From the NCBI RefSeq assembly GCF_028368995.1, contig NZ_JAQNDL010000002.1, positions 192,001-256,000 of the forward strand: a DNA stretch of 64,000 nt, written 5' to 3'. This document shows, piece after piece, positions 29,843 to 41,000 of this stretch. Below the pieces are notes generated by a model. The model did no database searches. It was not told where the DNA came from and saw nothing but the letters and a program-made list of their open reading frames with translations. The stretch is from Nannocystis bainbridge. GTDB taxonomy: Bacteria > Myxococcota_A > Polyangia > Nannocystales > Nannocystaceae. The position numbers and the translations under genes were made by a program. Each line of letters begins with the position of its first letter. The first letter of the stretch is position 1.

Positions 29843-29878
29843 AAAAAAAGAAGGGCCCGTTCGTGAGAACGGGCCCTT
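29843..29878 (-). terminator. Rho-independent terminator downstream of tRNA-fMet
   Basis: Hairpin AAGGGCCCGTTC-N4-GAACGGGCCCTT followed by a T-run on the minus strand. Confidence 0.9.
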
Positions 29879-29884
29879 CAAGAG

Positions 29885-29958
29885 TAGCGGGGACGGGATT
29901 TGAACCCATGACCTCCGGGTTATGAGCCCGGCGAGCTACCTGGCTGCTCCACCCCGCA
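29885..29958 (-). tRNA. tRNA-Met (CAT), initiator fMet type; CCA not encoded
   Basis: TGCGGGGTGGAGCAGCCAGGTAGCTCGCCGGGCTCATAACCCGGAGGTCATGGGTTCAAATCCCGTCCCCGCTA; 1:72 mismatch and GGG/CCC anticodon stem. Confidence 0.97.
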
Positions 29959-29970
29959 GCGAGGACTTGC

Positions 29971-29999
29971 CTTGTACTTCTCTGGCGTCGGCGCGTCAA
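29971..29999 (-). promoter_or_regulatory. Sigma70-type promoter of the tRNA
   Basis: TTGACG-17 bp-TACAAG on the minus strand just upstream of the tRNA. Confidence 0.7.
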
Positions 30000-30101
30000 C
30001 GAAATTGTGTTGGCCCTCGGTCGATTTGGATCTGGGCATGGGGCGAAATCGCGCAGAGAGGGTCTCGAGACAGGGGACAGGCGGGGCCTGGTGGTCCTGA
30101 A

Positions 30102-30665
30102 TCAGCGAATTGGCCCCGGATCGGGCTCGCGGGCGAGGTCGGCGAGGTCGACGCGGACGGGCGAGAGATCCCCGGTACCGTCCGCACGATCCCAGAGGGT
30201 CGCCAGGACGGCGAGCGGCTGATTGACGGCGTCGAGGCGCAAGACGCTCTCCCGCGGCGGCGGGCCCGCGGTGAAGTTGAGGGGGCAGTGGTCGACGCGC
30301 GGGGTGGGGTCGGCGACGGCGACCGGCAGGCCGTGCGAGCGGCAGATCAGCGGGCGCTCGGCGTAGACGGCGCAGGCGCCATCTACGAGGAGGGCGCAGT
30401 GGTGCTGGTGAGCCGGGTCGTCGGCTTGCTCGCGGACCCTGTTCCGAAGGACAGGTGTCCGGACGGACAGGTCGGCCAGCGCGCGACGGATGGGCTCGGC
30501 CTCGGCGGCGTAGACGCCGAAGCGGTGGTGACAGCAGCTGTCGCAGCCCGCGCGACAGGCGAAGGCCGCGGGGGTGCGCGCCTCGGCGGCGGCGAAGTGG
30601 GCGTCGACGCGGCCGCGCAGCTGGACGAGGATGGCCGCGAGGGCAGGTCGGTCCGGGTCGCTCAC
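30102..30665 (-). CDS. YkgJ-family cysteine cluster (CxxxCxxCC) protein
   Basis: CRAGCDSCC..CALL..CAVYAERPLICRSHG. Confidence 0.85.
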   Translation of the reverse strand: MSDPDRPALAAILVQLRGRVDAHFAAAEARTPAAFACRAGCDSCCHHRFGVYAAEAEPIRRALADLSVRTPVLRNRVREQADDPAHQHHCALLVDGACAVYAERPLICRSHGLPVAVADPTPRVDHCPLNFTAGPPPRESVLRLDAVNQPLAVLATLWDRADGTGDLSPVRVDLADLAREPDPGPIR

Positions 30666-30695
30666 GCAGGCGACGGGATACCAGAGGCCGCGGGC

Positions 30696-31700
30696 TCAGG
30701 CGCCGGAATGCGCGCGCGCGGCCGTGAGGGGGGCGGCGGGCCGGCTGCTGCGGAGCGTGGCGGTGATGGCGCGCTGGACGGCGACGGCGCGGTCCTCGTC
30801 GTCGGCGGCGAAGGTGCAGCCGGCGACGTAGGGGTGGCCGCCGCCGCCGTGCGGCTCGAGCAGCGCGGCCATGCTGTGCTCGCGAGCGTCGCGCGGGAGC
30901 CAGGGGTTGTAACCGGCGGTCAGCTTGATCCGGCGGTCGGGGCCGCGGGTGAGGGCGACGACGTAGCGGATCCGCGGGTGGTGGTAGTACGGGATGAACT
31001 TGTTGTAAGCGCGGACCGGCTGGTCGATGAGGCTGTAATGAAGGACGTCGCCCTCGACCACGGCGGTCTCGCCGATCAGCCGGATGTCGTGGCGGTTCTG
31101 CTCGAGCCGCGGGCGCAGGAGGGCCTGGACGTAGTCGGCGGCGGCCAGGCCCGCGAGCGAGCAGACGAGCAGGTCGTGGATGAAGCGCTCGCCGAGCTCG
31201 CGGTCGTGGTTGTTCTCGACGAAGGTCATCAGCAGCAGCGCCGGTTCGGTCAGCTCGACCGGCATGCGCGGGTCGGGGAAGGCGGCGCTGTCGATGATCT
31301 CGGCCCAGCGGATCAACTCCGCGTGGGCCGACAGGTCGCAGGCGAACCGCTCGCGCACGACGCGGGCCAGATAGCCGGCGCAGCTGCTTGCGGTCGGGTC
31401 GTGGAACTTCTGGCCGCTGGTGTCGGCGAGGAAATGTTCGCGGTCGCCGGGCAGCTGGAAGGCGCTGGCGTGGTGGTCGAAGTACCAGGCGAGCCGCGGA
31501 TCCTGGCTGTAGCGAAAGTCGACGCTGGCGACGTCGTCGGCCTCGAAGTCTTCGGGGTCGTAGGGGTCGCCAGGCCGGTGATCCTTGGGGATCAGGCGGC
31601 AGGGGCGGGGGCCATGGCGCTGGCGATCGAAGGCGGCGAACAGCGCGGCCGAGGCGGCGCCGTCGAAGCACCAGCCGTGATGGAGGATATGAACCGCCAT
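30696..31700 (-). CDS. DHH-family phosphoesterase
   Basis: HHGWCFDG, VDF, FDHH and GGGHPYVAG motifs. Confidence 0.85.
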   Translation of the reverse strand: MAVHILHHGWCFDGAASAALFAAFDRQRHGPRPCRLIPKDHRPGDPYDPEDFEADDVASVDFRYSQDPRLAWYFDHHASAFQLPGDREHFLADTSGQKFHDPTASSCAGYLARVVRERFACDLSAHAELIRWAEIIDSAAFPDPRMPVELTEPALLLMTFVENNHDRELGERFIHDLLVCSLAGLAAADYVQALLRPRLEQNRHDIRLIGETAVVEGDVLHYSLIDQPVRAYNKFIPYYHHPRIRYVVALTRGPDRRIKLTAGYNPWLPRDAREHSMAALLEPHGGGGHPYVAGCTFAADDEDRAVAVQRAITATLRSSRPAAPLTAARAHSGA

Positions 31701-31746
31701 GCGGCGGCCCTTATACCGGCGGCGTCCGGCGCCGTCTCCAAAGCGG

Positions 31747-32622
31747 CTATTCGTCGCGCTCGACCTGGCCGGGCTGGCGCGCGTGGAGCGTGAAGATCCC
31801 CTCGGGCAGGCGGCGCAGCTCGGCGCCCTCGGGCGCGGGCGGCAGGTCCGCCGGGCCATCGTCGTGGATCAGCAGGGAGGCCTGGACCCGCGATTCGGGG
31901 CCGTGGGCGAGGGTCCGCCGCGAGCCGGCCGGGGCCGGGGCGTCGGCCACGAGCAGCCGGCCGCCGCGGTGGATCACGCCGACGGTGCGGCCGTCGCAGA
32001 CGAACAGGTTGAGCCGGGCGGGACGGCCGAGCATGTCGTCGAGGGTGGCGAGGGCGCGGCGGATCTGCGGCGGGGCGACGTATGGTTTGTTCAGGTCGCC
32101 GGTGGCGTGGAGGGCGGCGAGGAAGCCGAACACGACCAACTCGCGGTCGCCCGAGTGGGTGAGGGCCCGCTGCAAGAAGTCGGGCAGGGAGGCCTTGAGG
32201 CGGTCGCGGAGGGCGTCGCCGGGGTCGTCGGCGACGGCCAGGGCGCCCTCGGCCCGCACGCCGAGCCAGCGCTGGAAGCGGGCCAGGCCGAGGCGCGGCA
32301 CGGGGATGTCCTCGGAGCCAGGTCCCGAGGCCGCGAAGGCGTGGGCGGCGAGGGTGGTCTGGCTCGGCGCACGCAAGAAATCGGCGATGAAGTCGGCGCG
32401 CAGCTCGCGGACCACGGGACGCGACTGCACGAGGGTCTCGCTGCCCTGCACGCCGCCGACGCTCCAGGCCCGCACGAGCGCCGGGTCGACCGGAGGCCCG
32501 TCGTCGGCGATGAAGCCGTGGCCCTCGCAGCAGCGCGACAGCACTCCGGCCAACCAACTCGCAGGCACCCCACGACCGTCCGGATTGCCGTGCACAAGCG
32601 CAAACAGGGCTACGTTATCCAC
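31747..32622 (-). CDS. Hypothetical protein, possibly a degenerate class II glutamine amidotransferase (Ntn) fold
   Basis: Order of segments (GHGF, FQRWL, SGDRELVVFGFL, RLNLFVCDG) resembles the YafJ/EgtC family, but there is no N-terminal Cys. Confidence 0.5.
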   Translation of the reverse strand: MDNVALFALVHGNPDGRGVPASWLAGVLSRCCEGHGFIADDGPPVDPALVRAWSVGGVQGSETLVQSRPVVRELRADFIADFLRAPSQTTLAAHAFAASGPGSEDIPVPRLGLARFQRWLGVRAEGALAVADDPGDALRDRLKASLPDFLQRALTHSGDRELVVFGFLAALHATGDLNKPYVAPPQIRRALATLDDMLGRPARLNLFVCDGRTVGVIHRGGRLLVADAPAPAGSRRTLAHGPESRVQASLLIHDDGPADLPPAPEGAELRRLPEGIFTLHARQPGQVERDE

Positions 32623-33034
32623 GTTCCGATCATAGCGAGGGGGGGGCGCAGGGACCAGTGCGACGGCGACGGGTCCGCGTCACAGCGGGGCCACGCGCAC
32701 ACCGCCCCGCGCGGCGATGCATCGGCGCAGAGTCCGAACGCGGCGGAGGGGCGATCACGAGGGCTTTGCAGAGGTCGCCGTGGGACTCTCGCAGCGTCGG
32801 CTCGGTCGCTGCCGGGGTGACGCACGCCAAGTGCGAGATCGCCTGTCGAGGACGGGAAAAACACCCTGGGAGGCCGCGAGAATCGACGGGGGCAGGCGTA
32901 TACAGGCACGAATTCGCCTGTTGGGACCGTTGGCGACGATTGCGCCGAAAACTCGCGTGGAGGTAGGTATCGGTGTGAAAATGCTTGCCCGGGGGGTTGC
33001 CGCCGAACGCGGCTTGATCTCAGAATGTGCGCGC

Positions 33035-33721
33035 ATGCGAGTTCCCACGGGCCGCCTCCGGATCGTCAGCACCCAACCCACCGAGGGCGCCGAGGTGCAT
33101 GAGGGACCGCCGTCGCCGGGCCGTTACATCCGGGAGGCGCGACAGCGCCGGGGGATAAGCGTCGAGCAGCTCGCGCTCGAGACCAAGATCCCTCGCCCCA
33201 GCCTCGAGGCGCTCGAGGACGATCGGTTCAGCGCGTTGCCCGGGCCAGTGTTCGTCCGCGGGTTCTTCCGCTGCTGCGCGCGCTCGCTGAGCCTCGACTC
33301 CGACACCGTCGCCGGGTTGCTCCACGACCACCTGCACGCCCAGAAGGCGGGCGCGCAGCGAGGGACGCGGCGCCCCGTGGCCCACTCGGCCAATCATCGA
33401 GCGTCGGCGCCGGTCCAGGCGATCGGCGGCCCGCGCAGGCCGGCTCGCGCCGAGGGTGCGAAGTCGAAGCCGGCCACGGAGTCCGCCCCGCGTCCGGCGG
33501 CGCTGGCAGCGGCCCCCGTGGCTGCCGCAGAGTCGGGCCCGAACGTGGTGTTCGAGGCGGTCCATCGCTTCGGCGTCCAGTCGCTCGACATGCTGCGCGC
33601 GCTCAACCGGATCCCGCAGAGCCGCACGCTGATGTGGATCGCGGTGTGCCTGGTGATCGCCGTGATCGCGGTGACGGCCTTTGCGCTGTCCGGCGGACAG
33701 GTGACCCCGCCGCACTCCTGA
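33035..33721 (+). CDS. RodZ-like helix-turn-helix membrane protein
   Basis: GRYIREARQRRGISVEQLALETKIPRPSLEALE..LPGPVFVRGF..ARSLSLD; C-terminal TM; start uncertain. Confidence 0.85.
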   Translation: MRVPTGRLRIVSTQPTEGAEVHEGPPSPGRYIREARQRRGISVEQLALETKIPRPSLEALEDDRFSALPGPVFVRGFFRCCARSLSLDSDTVAGLLHDHLHAQKAGAQRGTRRPVAHSANHRASAPVQAIGGPRRPARAEGAKSKPATESAPRPAALAAAPVAAAESGPNVVFEAVHRFGVQSLDMLRALNRIPQSRTLMWIAVCLVIAVIAVTAFALSGGQVTPPHS

Positions 33722-33892
33722 TGCCTCGAGTCGTCGCGCCCCCTCCTTACTTAAGGAAGAGGCAGTGACGCTCGACGCTGCGGTCGCGTGAACTCCGGCG
33801 TAAGGCGGTCAAATCGTGGCGAAGACCCGTGACACGCGGTTTGGGCACGGATTGGCGCCTGCTCGTGGACGGTTGCGTATAGTGGCCCCCGC

Positions 33893-35251
33893 ATGACGCC
33901 GGCGCTCAACCAAAACGATCTGGCGCGGCTGGTCCATGCGGGCGATCCGCGGCGGGTCGCGCGGGCGCTCGCGCGGCTGGACGCCGTACAGATCGCGGCG
34001 TACCTCGACAACTTCGAGCCGCACGAGCAGGACCTGGTGTTCCAGGCGCTGCCCGCGGAGCGGCGGCCGCAGGTGCTGGCGGCGATGCGCTACGAGGTGG
34101 CGGCGGAGCTGATCGGCAGGCGGGCGCCCGAAGAGGCGGCCGGGATGCTCGGCGACATCCAGGAAGATGACGCGGCCGACATCCTGGGCCGCGTCGACGA
34201 GGGCAAGCTGCGCGAGATCCTGGCGCACTACGGCGACGAGGACGCGCATGCGCTCGAGGAGCTGCTGGCGTACGGCGAGCGCACCGCGGGCGGCATCATG
34301 TCGCCCGAGGTCTTCTCGATCCACCACGACGTGACGATCGCGGAGGCGACCCGGATGGTGCAGACGGCGGACGACCTGCCGCAGCACGTCCACTACCTCT
34401 ATGTCGTCGACGAGCACGACCGCCTGGTCGGGGTGATCGGGCTGCGTCAGCTGGTGCGCAGCAAGCCGGACATGCCGATTCACGCGGTGATGACGACCGA
34501 GCTGGTGTCCGTGACGGCCGAGACAGATCAGGAGCAGGTCGCCGAGCTGGTGAGCCGCTACGACCTGGTCGGCATCCCGGTGGTCGACGACCAGCGGCGG
34601 CTGCTCGGCGTGATCACGATCGACGACATCCTCGACGTCGTCCGCGAAGAGGCGACCGAGGACATCCTGAAGATGGCGGGCGCGGGCCAGATGATGGTCG
34701 AGACCCGCACCTTCTCGGCCAGCTTCCGCGCCCGCATGCCCTGGCTCCTGGCGGCGGCGGCGGGCGGGCTGCTGGTGGCGGCGTCGCTGCAGGGCTTCGA
34801 GGGGGCGCTGCAGTCGGTGCCGGCGCTGGCGCTGTTCATGCCGGTGGTCGCCGGGATGGGCGGCAACGTCGGCACGCAGAGCTCGACGATCGTCGTTCGC
34901 GGCCTGGCGGTCGGCTACGTCGAGACCAATCGGCTCGGCCGGCTGGTGCTCCGCGAGGTGGGGCTCGGCGCGACGCTCGGCGCGCTCTACGGCACCGGGA
35001 TCGCGGTCGCGGCGCCGTTCGTCGGCGCGACCAGCAGCGATCCGGTCCACCTCGGCGCGGTCATCACCCTGGGGATGATGGGCAGCATGATGATCGCGGC
35101 GGCCGTGGGCACCAGCGTGCCCCTGCTCATGAACCGGCTCAACATCGACCCGGCGGTGGCGACGGGGCCGTTCGTGACGACCTCGGTCGACATCCTGGGC
35201 CTGCTCTTCTACTTCTGGCTGGCGACGGTGCTGCTCGGAATCTCCGGCTGA
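33893..35251 (+). CDS. mgtE: Magnesium transporter MgtE
   Basis: MgtE_N, CBS pair, GMGGNVGTQ and DPAVATGPFVTTSVD motifs. Confidence 0.95.
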   Translation: MTPALNQNDLARLVHAGDPRRVARALARLDAVQIAAYLDNFEPHEQDLVFQALPAERRPQVLAAMRYEVAAELIGRRAPEEAAGMLGDIQEDDAADILGRVDEGKLREILAHYGDEDAHALEELLAYGERTAGGIMSPEVFSIHHDVTIAEATRMVQTADDLPQHVHYLYVVDEHDRLVGVIGLRQLVRSKPDMPIHAVMTTELVSVTAETDQEQVAELVSRYDLVGIPVVDDQRRLLGVITIDDILDVVREEATEDILKMAGAGQMMVETRTFSASFRARMPWLLAAAAGGLLVAASLQGFEGALQSVPALALFMPVVAGMGGNVGTQSSTIVVRGLAVGYVETNRLGRLVLREVGLGATLGALYGTGIAVAAPFVGATSSDPVHLGAVITLGMMGSMMIAAAVGTSVPLLMNRLNIDPAVATGPFVTTSVDILGLLFYFWLATVLLGISG

Positions 35252-35278
35252 CCGCGGCGGTTGTCCCCGAACTCGCGC

Positions 35279-36046
35279 ATGCAGTCGCAACCAACGCCCG
35301 CGGTCATCCTCCGCACGCGCCCGCTCGGCGAGGCGGACCTGATCGCGATCGTGCTGACGCCGGAGCAAGGCAAGCTCGAGACGGCGGCGGCGCGGGCCCG
35401 CAACTCGAAGAAGCGGTTCGCCGGCGGGCTGTCGCCGGGGATGCGCGGGGTGGCGGCGATCGCTCGCGGGCGCGGGGCGCTGCTGCGGCTGGAGAGCTTC
35501 GACGCGACCGCCGCGCACGCGCCGGTCGGCGCCGACCTGACGCGCTTCGCCTATGTGGCCTACCTCTGCGAGCTGACCGACGAGCTGGTGCTGGCGCGCC
35601 ACCCTGACCCGGAGCTGTTCGCGGCCCTGTGTCTGGCGCTCGAGCAGATCATCGCCGGGGCGCCGCAGGCGCTGCATCTGCGGCAGTACGAGCTGGCGCT
35701 GCTGCGCTGCCTGGGGCTGTCGCCGGCGCTGACGCGCTGCTGCGTGTGCGGGGTCGAGGTCGAGGTCGAGGGCGACGGCAGCGCGGCGTTCGACGGGCCG
35801 CGCGGCGGGGTGCTGTGCCTGGAGCACGAGCGCGGGGCGCCGCGGCTGCCGACCGCTGCGCTGGCGGCGATCCACCACCTCGAGTCGGGCGGCGATCCGG
35901 CGGCGCTGGCCTCGGCCCCGCCGGCGCTGCGCCGGGCGGTGCGTGACGCGATCCAGTCGATCGTCCGCTCACACCTGCGGCGCCCGCTGCACGCGCAGGC
36001 CTTCTTCGCGGCGCTGCCGCGCGACGCCGGCGCGGAGGGGGTGTAG
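35279..36046 (+). CDS. recO: DNA repair protein RecO
   Basis: AVILRTRPLGEADLI..GARNSKKRF-like (RARNSKKRF); Zn finger CCVCG..GGVLC. Confidence 0.92.
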   Translation: MQSQPTPAVILRTRPLGEADLIAIVLTPEQGKLETAAARARNSKKRFAGGLSPGMRGVAAIARGRGALLRLESFDATAAHAPVGADLTRFAYVAYLCELTDELVLARHPDPELFAALCLALEQIIAGAPQALHLRQYELALLRCLGLSPALTRCCVCGVEVEVEGDGSAAFDGPRGGVLCLEHERGAPRLPTAALAAIHHLESGGDPAALASAPPALRRAVRDAIQSIVRSHLRRPLHAQAFFAALPRDAGAEGV

Positions 36047-36076
36047 GTGCCGCGCGGCTGTGTTAGGGTCCCGCCG

Positions 36077-38044
36077 ATGTCGCGCCCCAAGTCTGCGTTC
36101 GCGTGTGCGCTGGCCGTGCTCGCCGCGTTGGGCGCTTGTGAGCGGCGCAATCAGGGCATCTCGGCCGCCGAGGCCGGGATCTACTTCCCGGCGGCGCTGA
36201 CGCTCGACCCGCGCGTCGCCGACGGCGACCCGGCGCGGTGGTTGTTCGTCGCCAACGCCAACAGCAACCTGGCCTACAACGCCGGCTCGCTGGTCGCCGT
36301 CGATCTCGATCGGTTCTTCCACGCGTGGATGAACTGCCCGAGCCTCTGCCTCTACAAGGTCGACGACGGCACCTGCAGCGCCGCCGCCAAGACCGACCCG
36401 TGCGGGATCCGTGAGACCGTGCAGGACATCGGCGAAGACGTCGACGCCGACACGCCGTGTCGCCACGCCGCGTTCCGTCCGCAGGTGATCGAGTGCGAGG
36501 ACACGCAGGTGATCGCCCGCGTCGACGTCGACGGCGACGGCGAGTCCGACAAGCCGCTGTCGGTGCGCATGGGCAGCTTCATCACCGCGCTGGCGGGGTG
36601 GAGCCGCAGCGCCAAGGAGGCGCTGCTGCTGGCGACGGTGAAGGCCGACCCGAGCATCACCTGGGTCGAGCTCACCGGCGGCATCGCAAAGCCCTTCGAT
36701 CCCGAGCGACCGCTGGCGCCGACCGACCTCTCGTTCGAGTGCGGGCAGGGCACGACCGACCTGTTCGACTCGGGACGCTGCGCCCGCTCCGGCGACGACT
36801 CGCACGCGCTGCGCTTCCCGTTCGACGACGGCGACAACCGCCGCATCGGCCCGGAGCCGTCGAACATCCTGGTGTCGAAGCTGCGCAACTGGGCGTTCGT
36901 GACGTTCGCGACCACGCCCGAGGTGGTGCTGATCGACCTCGCGTACCCGGTCGGCGGGCAGCTGCCGGCCAACCCCGACGACACCACCGGCGAGCCCGAC
37001 ACGACCACCGGCACGTCGACGACCACGAGCACCTCGACGACCAGCGACACGACCGACACGTCGAGCACGACCGACGCCTCGAGCACGACGGACACCTCGA
37101 GCACGACCGACGCCACGAGCGCGGGCGACACCTCGACGACCACCGGCGCGCCGCCCGAGCCCGAGCCGGTGCCGCCGGGGACCAAGCCGCTCATCGTCGA
37201 CGCGCGCTCGGTGTTCCTCATCGGCGAGTCGTTCGGCGGCGGCGGGTGGGGGATGGCCGAAAGGCCATGTGTGCCCGGCAGCTCGCAGGTGCCCAACGTG
37301 ACGAAGGTGCCGGTCACCGCTGACGGCGAGCCGACCGACTGCGGGCGCTCGCTGATCTACAGCAGCTTCCGCACCGGCCTGTTCTTCGCCCGCCTGACCC
37401 CGGACGAGGCGCTGCCGACCGCCAACCAGGTGTGCATCGGCGCGCCGCGGCTCGACGCCGAGGGCAACCCGATCGACCAGGAGGGCCAGCCGATCGACGC
37501 GCCCGAGCCGGTGCAAGCGGGCGAGCCGGGGGCGCTGCTGTGCACGCCGCAGATCTTCTCGGCGGGGTTCACGTCGGCGGTCGGCTTCACGGTGCCGCAG
37601 GGCTCGGGGCAGATGGGCGACATCGCCTTCTCGCGCGACGGCCGGCGCCTGTTCGCGGTCCAGAGCAGCCCCGGCGCGCTGCTGTTCGTCGACACCAGCG
37701 TCGACGAGCGCGGCGAGACCCGCGACGAGTCGGCCGGCCTCGTCGAGCTGTGCAGCGGCCCGAGCCGCATGGCGCTGTTCGAGGACGGCGCCAACGAGTA
37801 CGCGGCGGTGTCGTGCCCGACGCCCAGCGAGGTGTTCATCATCGATCTGTCCGGCTTCCGCGTGGTCGCCAACGTGGCCACCGGCGCCGGCCCGCACCCG
37901 ATCGTGGTCGACCAGGCGCGCCAGCTGCTCTACGTCGGCAACACCCTCGACGCCACCGTCAGCGTCATCGACATCGCCCGCGACCGCCCGACGCGATTCG
38001 CCGAGATCGCTCGCGTCGGCCTGCAAACGCCCTACAAGCGCTAG
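36077..38044 (+). CDS. YncE-like beta-propeller lipoprotein with internal Thr-rich insert
   Basis: Lipobox LGAC; LFVANANSNL, VATGAGPHPIVVD..LYVGNTLDATVSVID. Confidence 0.75.
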   Translation: MSRPKSAFACALAVLAALGACERRNQGISAAEAGIYFPAALTLDPRVADGDPARWLFVANANSNLAYNAGSLVAVDLDRFFHAWMNCPSLCLYKVDDGTCSAAAKTDPCGIRETVQDIGEDVDADTPCRHAAFRPQVIECEDTQVIARVDVDGDGESDKPLSVRMGSFITALAGWSRSAKEALLLATVKADPSITWVELTGGIAKPFDPERPLAPTDLSFECGQGTTDLFDSGRCARSGDDSHALRFPFDDGDNRRIGPEPSNILVSKLRNWAFVTFATTPEVVLIDLAYPVGGQLPANPDDTTGEPDTTTGTSTTTSTSTTSDTTDTSSTTDASSTTDTSSTTDATSAGDTSTTTGAPPEPEPVPPGTKPLIVDARSVFLIGESFGGGGWGMAERPCVPGSSQVPNVTKVPVTADGEPTDCGRSLIYSSFRTGLFFARLTPDEALPTANQVCIGAPRLDAEGNPIDQEGQPIDAPEPVQAGEPGALLCTPQIFSAGFTSAVGFTVPQGSGQMGDIAFSRDGRRLFAVQSSPGALLFVDTSVDERGETRDESAGLVELCSGPSRMALFEDGANEYAAVSCPTPSEVFIIDLSGFRVVANVATGAGPHPIVVDQARQLLYVGNTLDATVSVIDIARDRPTRFAEIARVGLQTPYKR

Positions 38045-38048
38045 CCCG

Positions 38049-41000
38049 ATGACCCGCCGCCCCGCAACCACGCGTGTGAACCTCTCGGCCCTCGCCGCGC
38101 TCGTCGTGCTCACCGCGGGCGCGACCAGCTGCGGCAACCGCCAGAACCAGGTCGTCCCCAACCGCGTGCTCGACCGCCCGCTCGACATGGCGCTCGCGTG
38201 CGTGCGCAACGAGAACGGGGTGCTCACGCCGCAGTCGCTCGACCTGTGCTCCGACGCGGTGTCCGAGTCGGTGTGCGGCGACCTGCGGTTGGTCGGCTTC
38301 GTCGCCAACTCCGAGCGCAACGACATCGCGATGTTCAGCCGCTGCGCCGGCTCGGTCATCGACATGAACATCGGCGCGCCGGGGCCCCAGCTCATCAGCG
38401 CCGGCGAGGTGCCGTCGAGCATGACGGTGACGACCGGCCTGCAGGCGGGCTGCTTCGCCGTCTCGGGCAACCTCGGCAGCTGCGACCTGAGCGTGCTCGA
38501 CGTCACCGGCCTGGCCTCGTACGCCTTCGAAGAGCCGCCCGAGGAGGACCCGGCGGCCTACGTGTCGACGGTGGCGCCGCGCCGCGCCGACGGCACGCCG
38601 CTCGGCGCCCGCCCCGGGCAGGTGCTGGCGGTGCCGCCCGAACTGAGCAACACCGGCGAGCCGATGCAGGGCTGCGACCCGGCCAACCCGGGCAGCGTGT
38701 ACGTCACGTTCCCGTCGTGCCAGCTGATCGCCGAGGTCGACTTGCGGACCCAGCGGATCCTGCAGAGCCGTCAGTTCGTGCGCGACCCCAAGAACGACGC
38801 GATCACGGTGGTCGACACCGGCGCCGATCCGTCGTGCCCGATCGACTGCGCCGAGCAGTTCGAGGACCCCGACTACGCCGACGCGCTGGCCAGCGCGCCG
38901 ACCGGCGACCCCGACGGCATGTACCCGCTGGCGATGGCGCTCGTGACCCCGCCGGTCGATCCGACCGCCTGCGTCGACCTCGCCGACCTCGCCATCGAGG
39001 ACGTCTCGCTGTACGTCGGCGGGCTCGGGTCCGACAACGTCTACGAGCTCCGCTTCGACAACAAGACCTGGACCGACGATCCGCTCGAGTTCGAGTTGAC
39101 GGCGGCGCAGGGCATCTCGGCGATCCGGCCGACGCCGCCGATGCTGATGGCGAGCGGCAACAACCTCGAGCCGGAGCCGTATCAGTTCCTCTACGTGATC
39201 GCGGGCGACGGCTCGACCCGCGTGGTGCGGCGCGACTTCAGCCCCAACCGCACGGAGCTCGGCAGCGAGTGCGACACGCAGGTCGACCCGACGGTGGTGA
39301 CGGCCGCCGCGTGTCACCCGGCCGAGTTCCCCGGCGAAAATCCGCCGGACCGGCGGCCGTTCGCGCGCGGGCCGGGCATCCGCGGGCCCAACGGCTCGCT
39401 CATCACCGACTGGACGTTCCAGAAGTGGTACCGCTCGTCCGAGGTCGAGGCCGCCGGCGGCAGCTTCGATCGCTGCCCGTCGAGCAGCGCCGACACGGCC
39501 GAGGCGACCGCCGAGGGCCGCGAAATCTCGTCGCCGTTCACCGGCCCGGGCGTGGTCGGCGTGGCCTCGACCAGCTTCGGTCGCCTCGTCTTCGGCGTGT
39601 TCGATCAGTTCCAGGACGATCGCCGGATCGCCACCGCGTACGACTACCTCGGGATCATGGACGCCCAGATCCCGCCGCACTCGCTGTGGCCCAACGTCGA
39701 CCCGACGCAGCCGACGACCACGATCGAGTCGCTGCCGCGGATGGACGACAAGGCGCCCGAGCGCCTGCTGCCGAACGGCATCTCCGATCCGACGGTGACG
39801 CGCGTGCTGTCGCCGAGCCTGCGCCGGATCGATCGCGCCTACGAGACGCGCGTGAGCTGCGACGACGACAACGACTGCAACGACAGCCGCTGCTTGAAGA
39901 GCCCTGGCGAGGTCACGGGCTACTGCGAGCAGCTCGGTCCGGCCCTGTCGCCGCCGGTGTCCGAGCGCGAGCAGGATCGCCTGGCCAAGAGCGACGCGGA
40001 CGACGACGTGATGGCGTCCGGCCTCTACGAGAACGACGTCGTCCGGGCCGTGGTGCGCGACTACTCGGCGTGGGTGACCGGGACGTGGAACCTCTTCTGG
40101 GAGGGCGAGATCCCGGGCACCACCAGCTCGAGCGGGCAGCTGCTGTGCGAGGAGCCCGGCTGGGCCGGCGGCACCTGCCTCAGCACCACCGCCGGTGACA
40201 CCCGCCTGGTCGACAAGACCGCGCAGTTCTGCGAGCGCGGCGTGCTCGGCGGCGACAAGCTGTTCATCCTCGGCTGCAACCAGGACCCCGAGTGCGGCGC
40301 CGGTCAGTACTGCTTGCTCGATCCGCAGGCGCCGGCGGGCTCGCCGGGCCTGTGCGTGTCGGAGGTCTCGTACGGCACTTCGCGCGAGGAGCTGCTGCAG
40401 ATGTGTCGCCCGTTCCTGCGCGACGACTGCGGCTCGGCGCGGCGCGAGTGGGCGATCACGCGGGCGTTCCAGCAGGAGCTGTGGCTGCAGGTGCTCGACC
40501 GTCCGCTCGACTCGTTCGTGATGATGCGCGGCGAGGGCACCTCCGCTTCGACGCCGGTCACCGAGGTGGAGCGCGAGGGCCTGTGCCGCGGCGACTACGT
40601 GGTCGGTCACGTCGTCGACGACGAGGCGACCTGCGCGCGCGCGTCTGACGAGCCGAACTGCGGCGCCGACGGGGCGCTGCCGTGCTGCTCGCCCGACTAC
40701 GAGTTCATCGGCGATCCCGGGTTCGTCGAGTGCGAGGGCCGCCTGTCCTGCGCCCCGGCGCAGCCCGACAACGGTTGCAGCACCCACGCCGACTGCGCGG
40801 CGCTGTCGTCCGAGTTCCCGCTGTGCCTCGACGGCCTGTGCAAGCGCCAGTGCGGGGATGACGAGGACTGCTCGCTGACGCCGTTGCCCGGGCCCGAGTG
40901 CTTCCGCGAGCTCATTCGCTACCAGGTGCTCGCGCGCAACAGCTTCATCGTGCGCGGGCCGTACGACTTCCTGCCGCAGAAGGTGAAGGCCGATCCGGAC

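Noticed and set aside
29700-30100. Integrative element or att site at tRNA-fMet
   Set aside because: No integrase, no duplicated tRNA 3' end seen in the window, and an intact terminator follows the tRNA directly
32623-33034. ncRNA in the less GC-rich divergent gap before the RodZ-like gene
   Set aside because: No recognisable structure or terminator; most simply explained as divergent promoters
33722-33892. Mg-sensing (M-box) riboswitch upstream of mgtE
   Set aside because: No recognisable ykoK consensus by eye; an Rfam scan would be needed to exclude it fully
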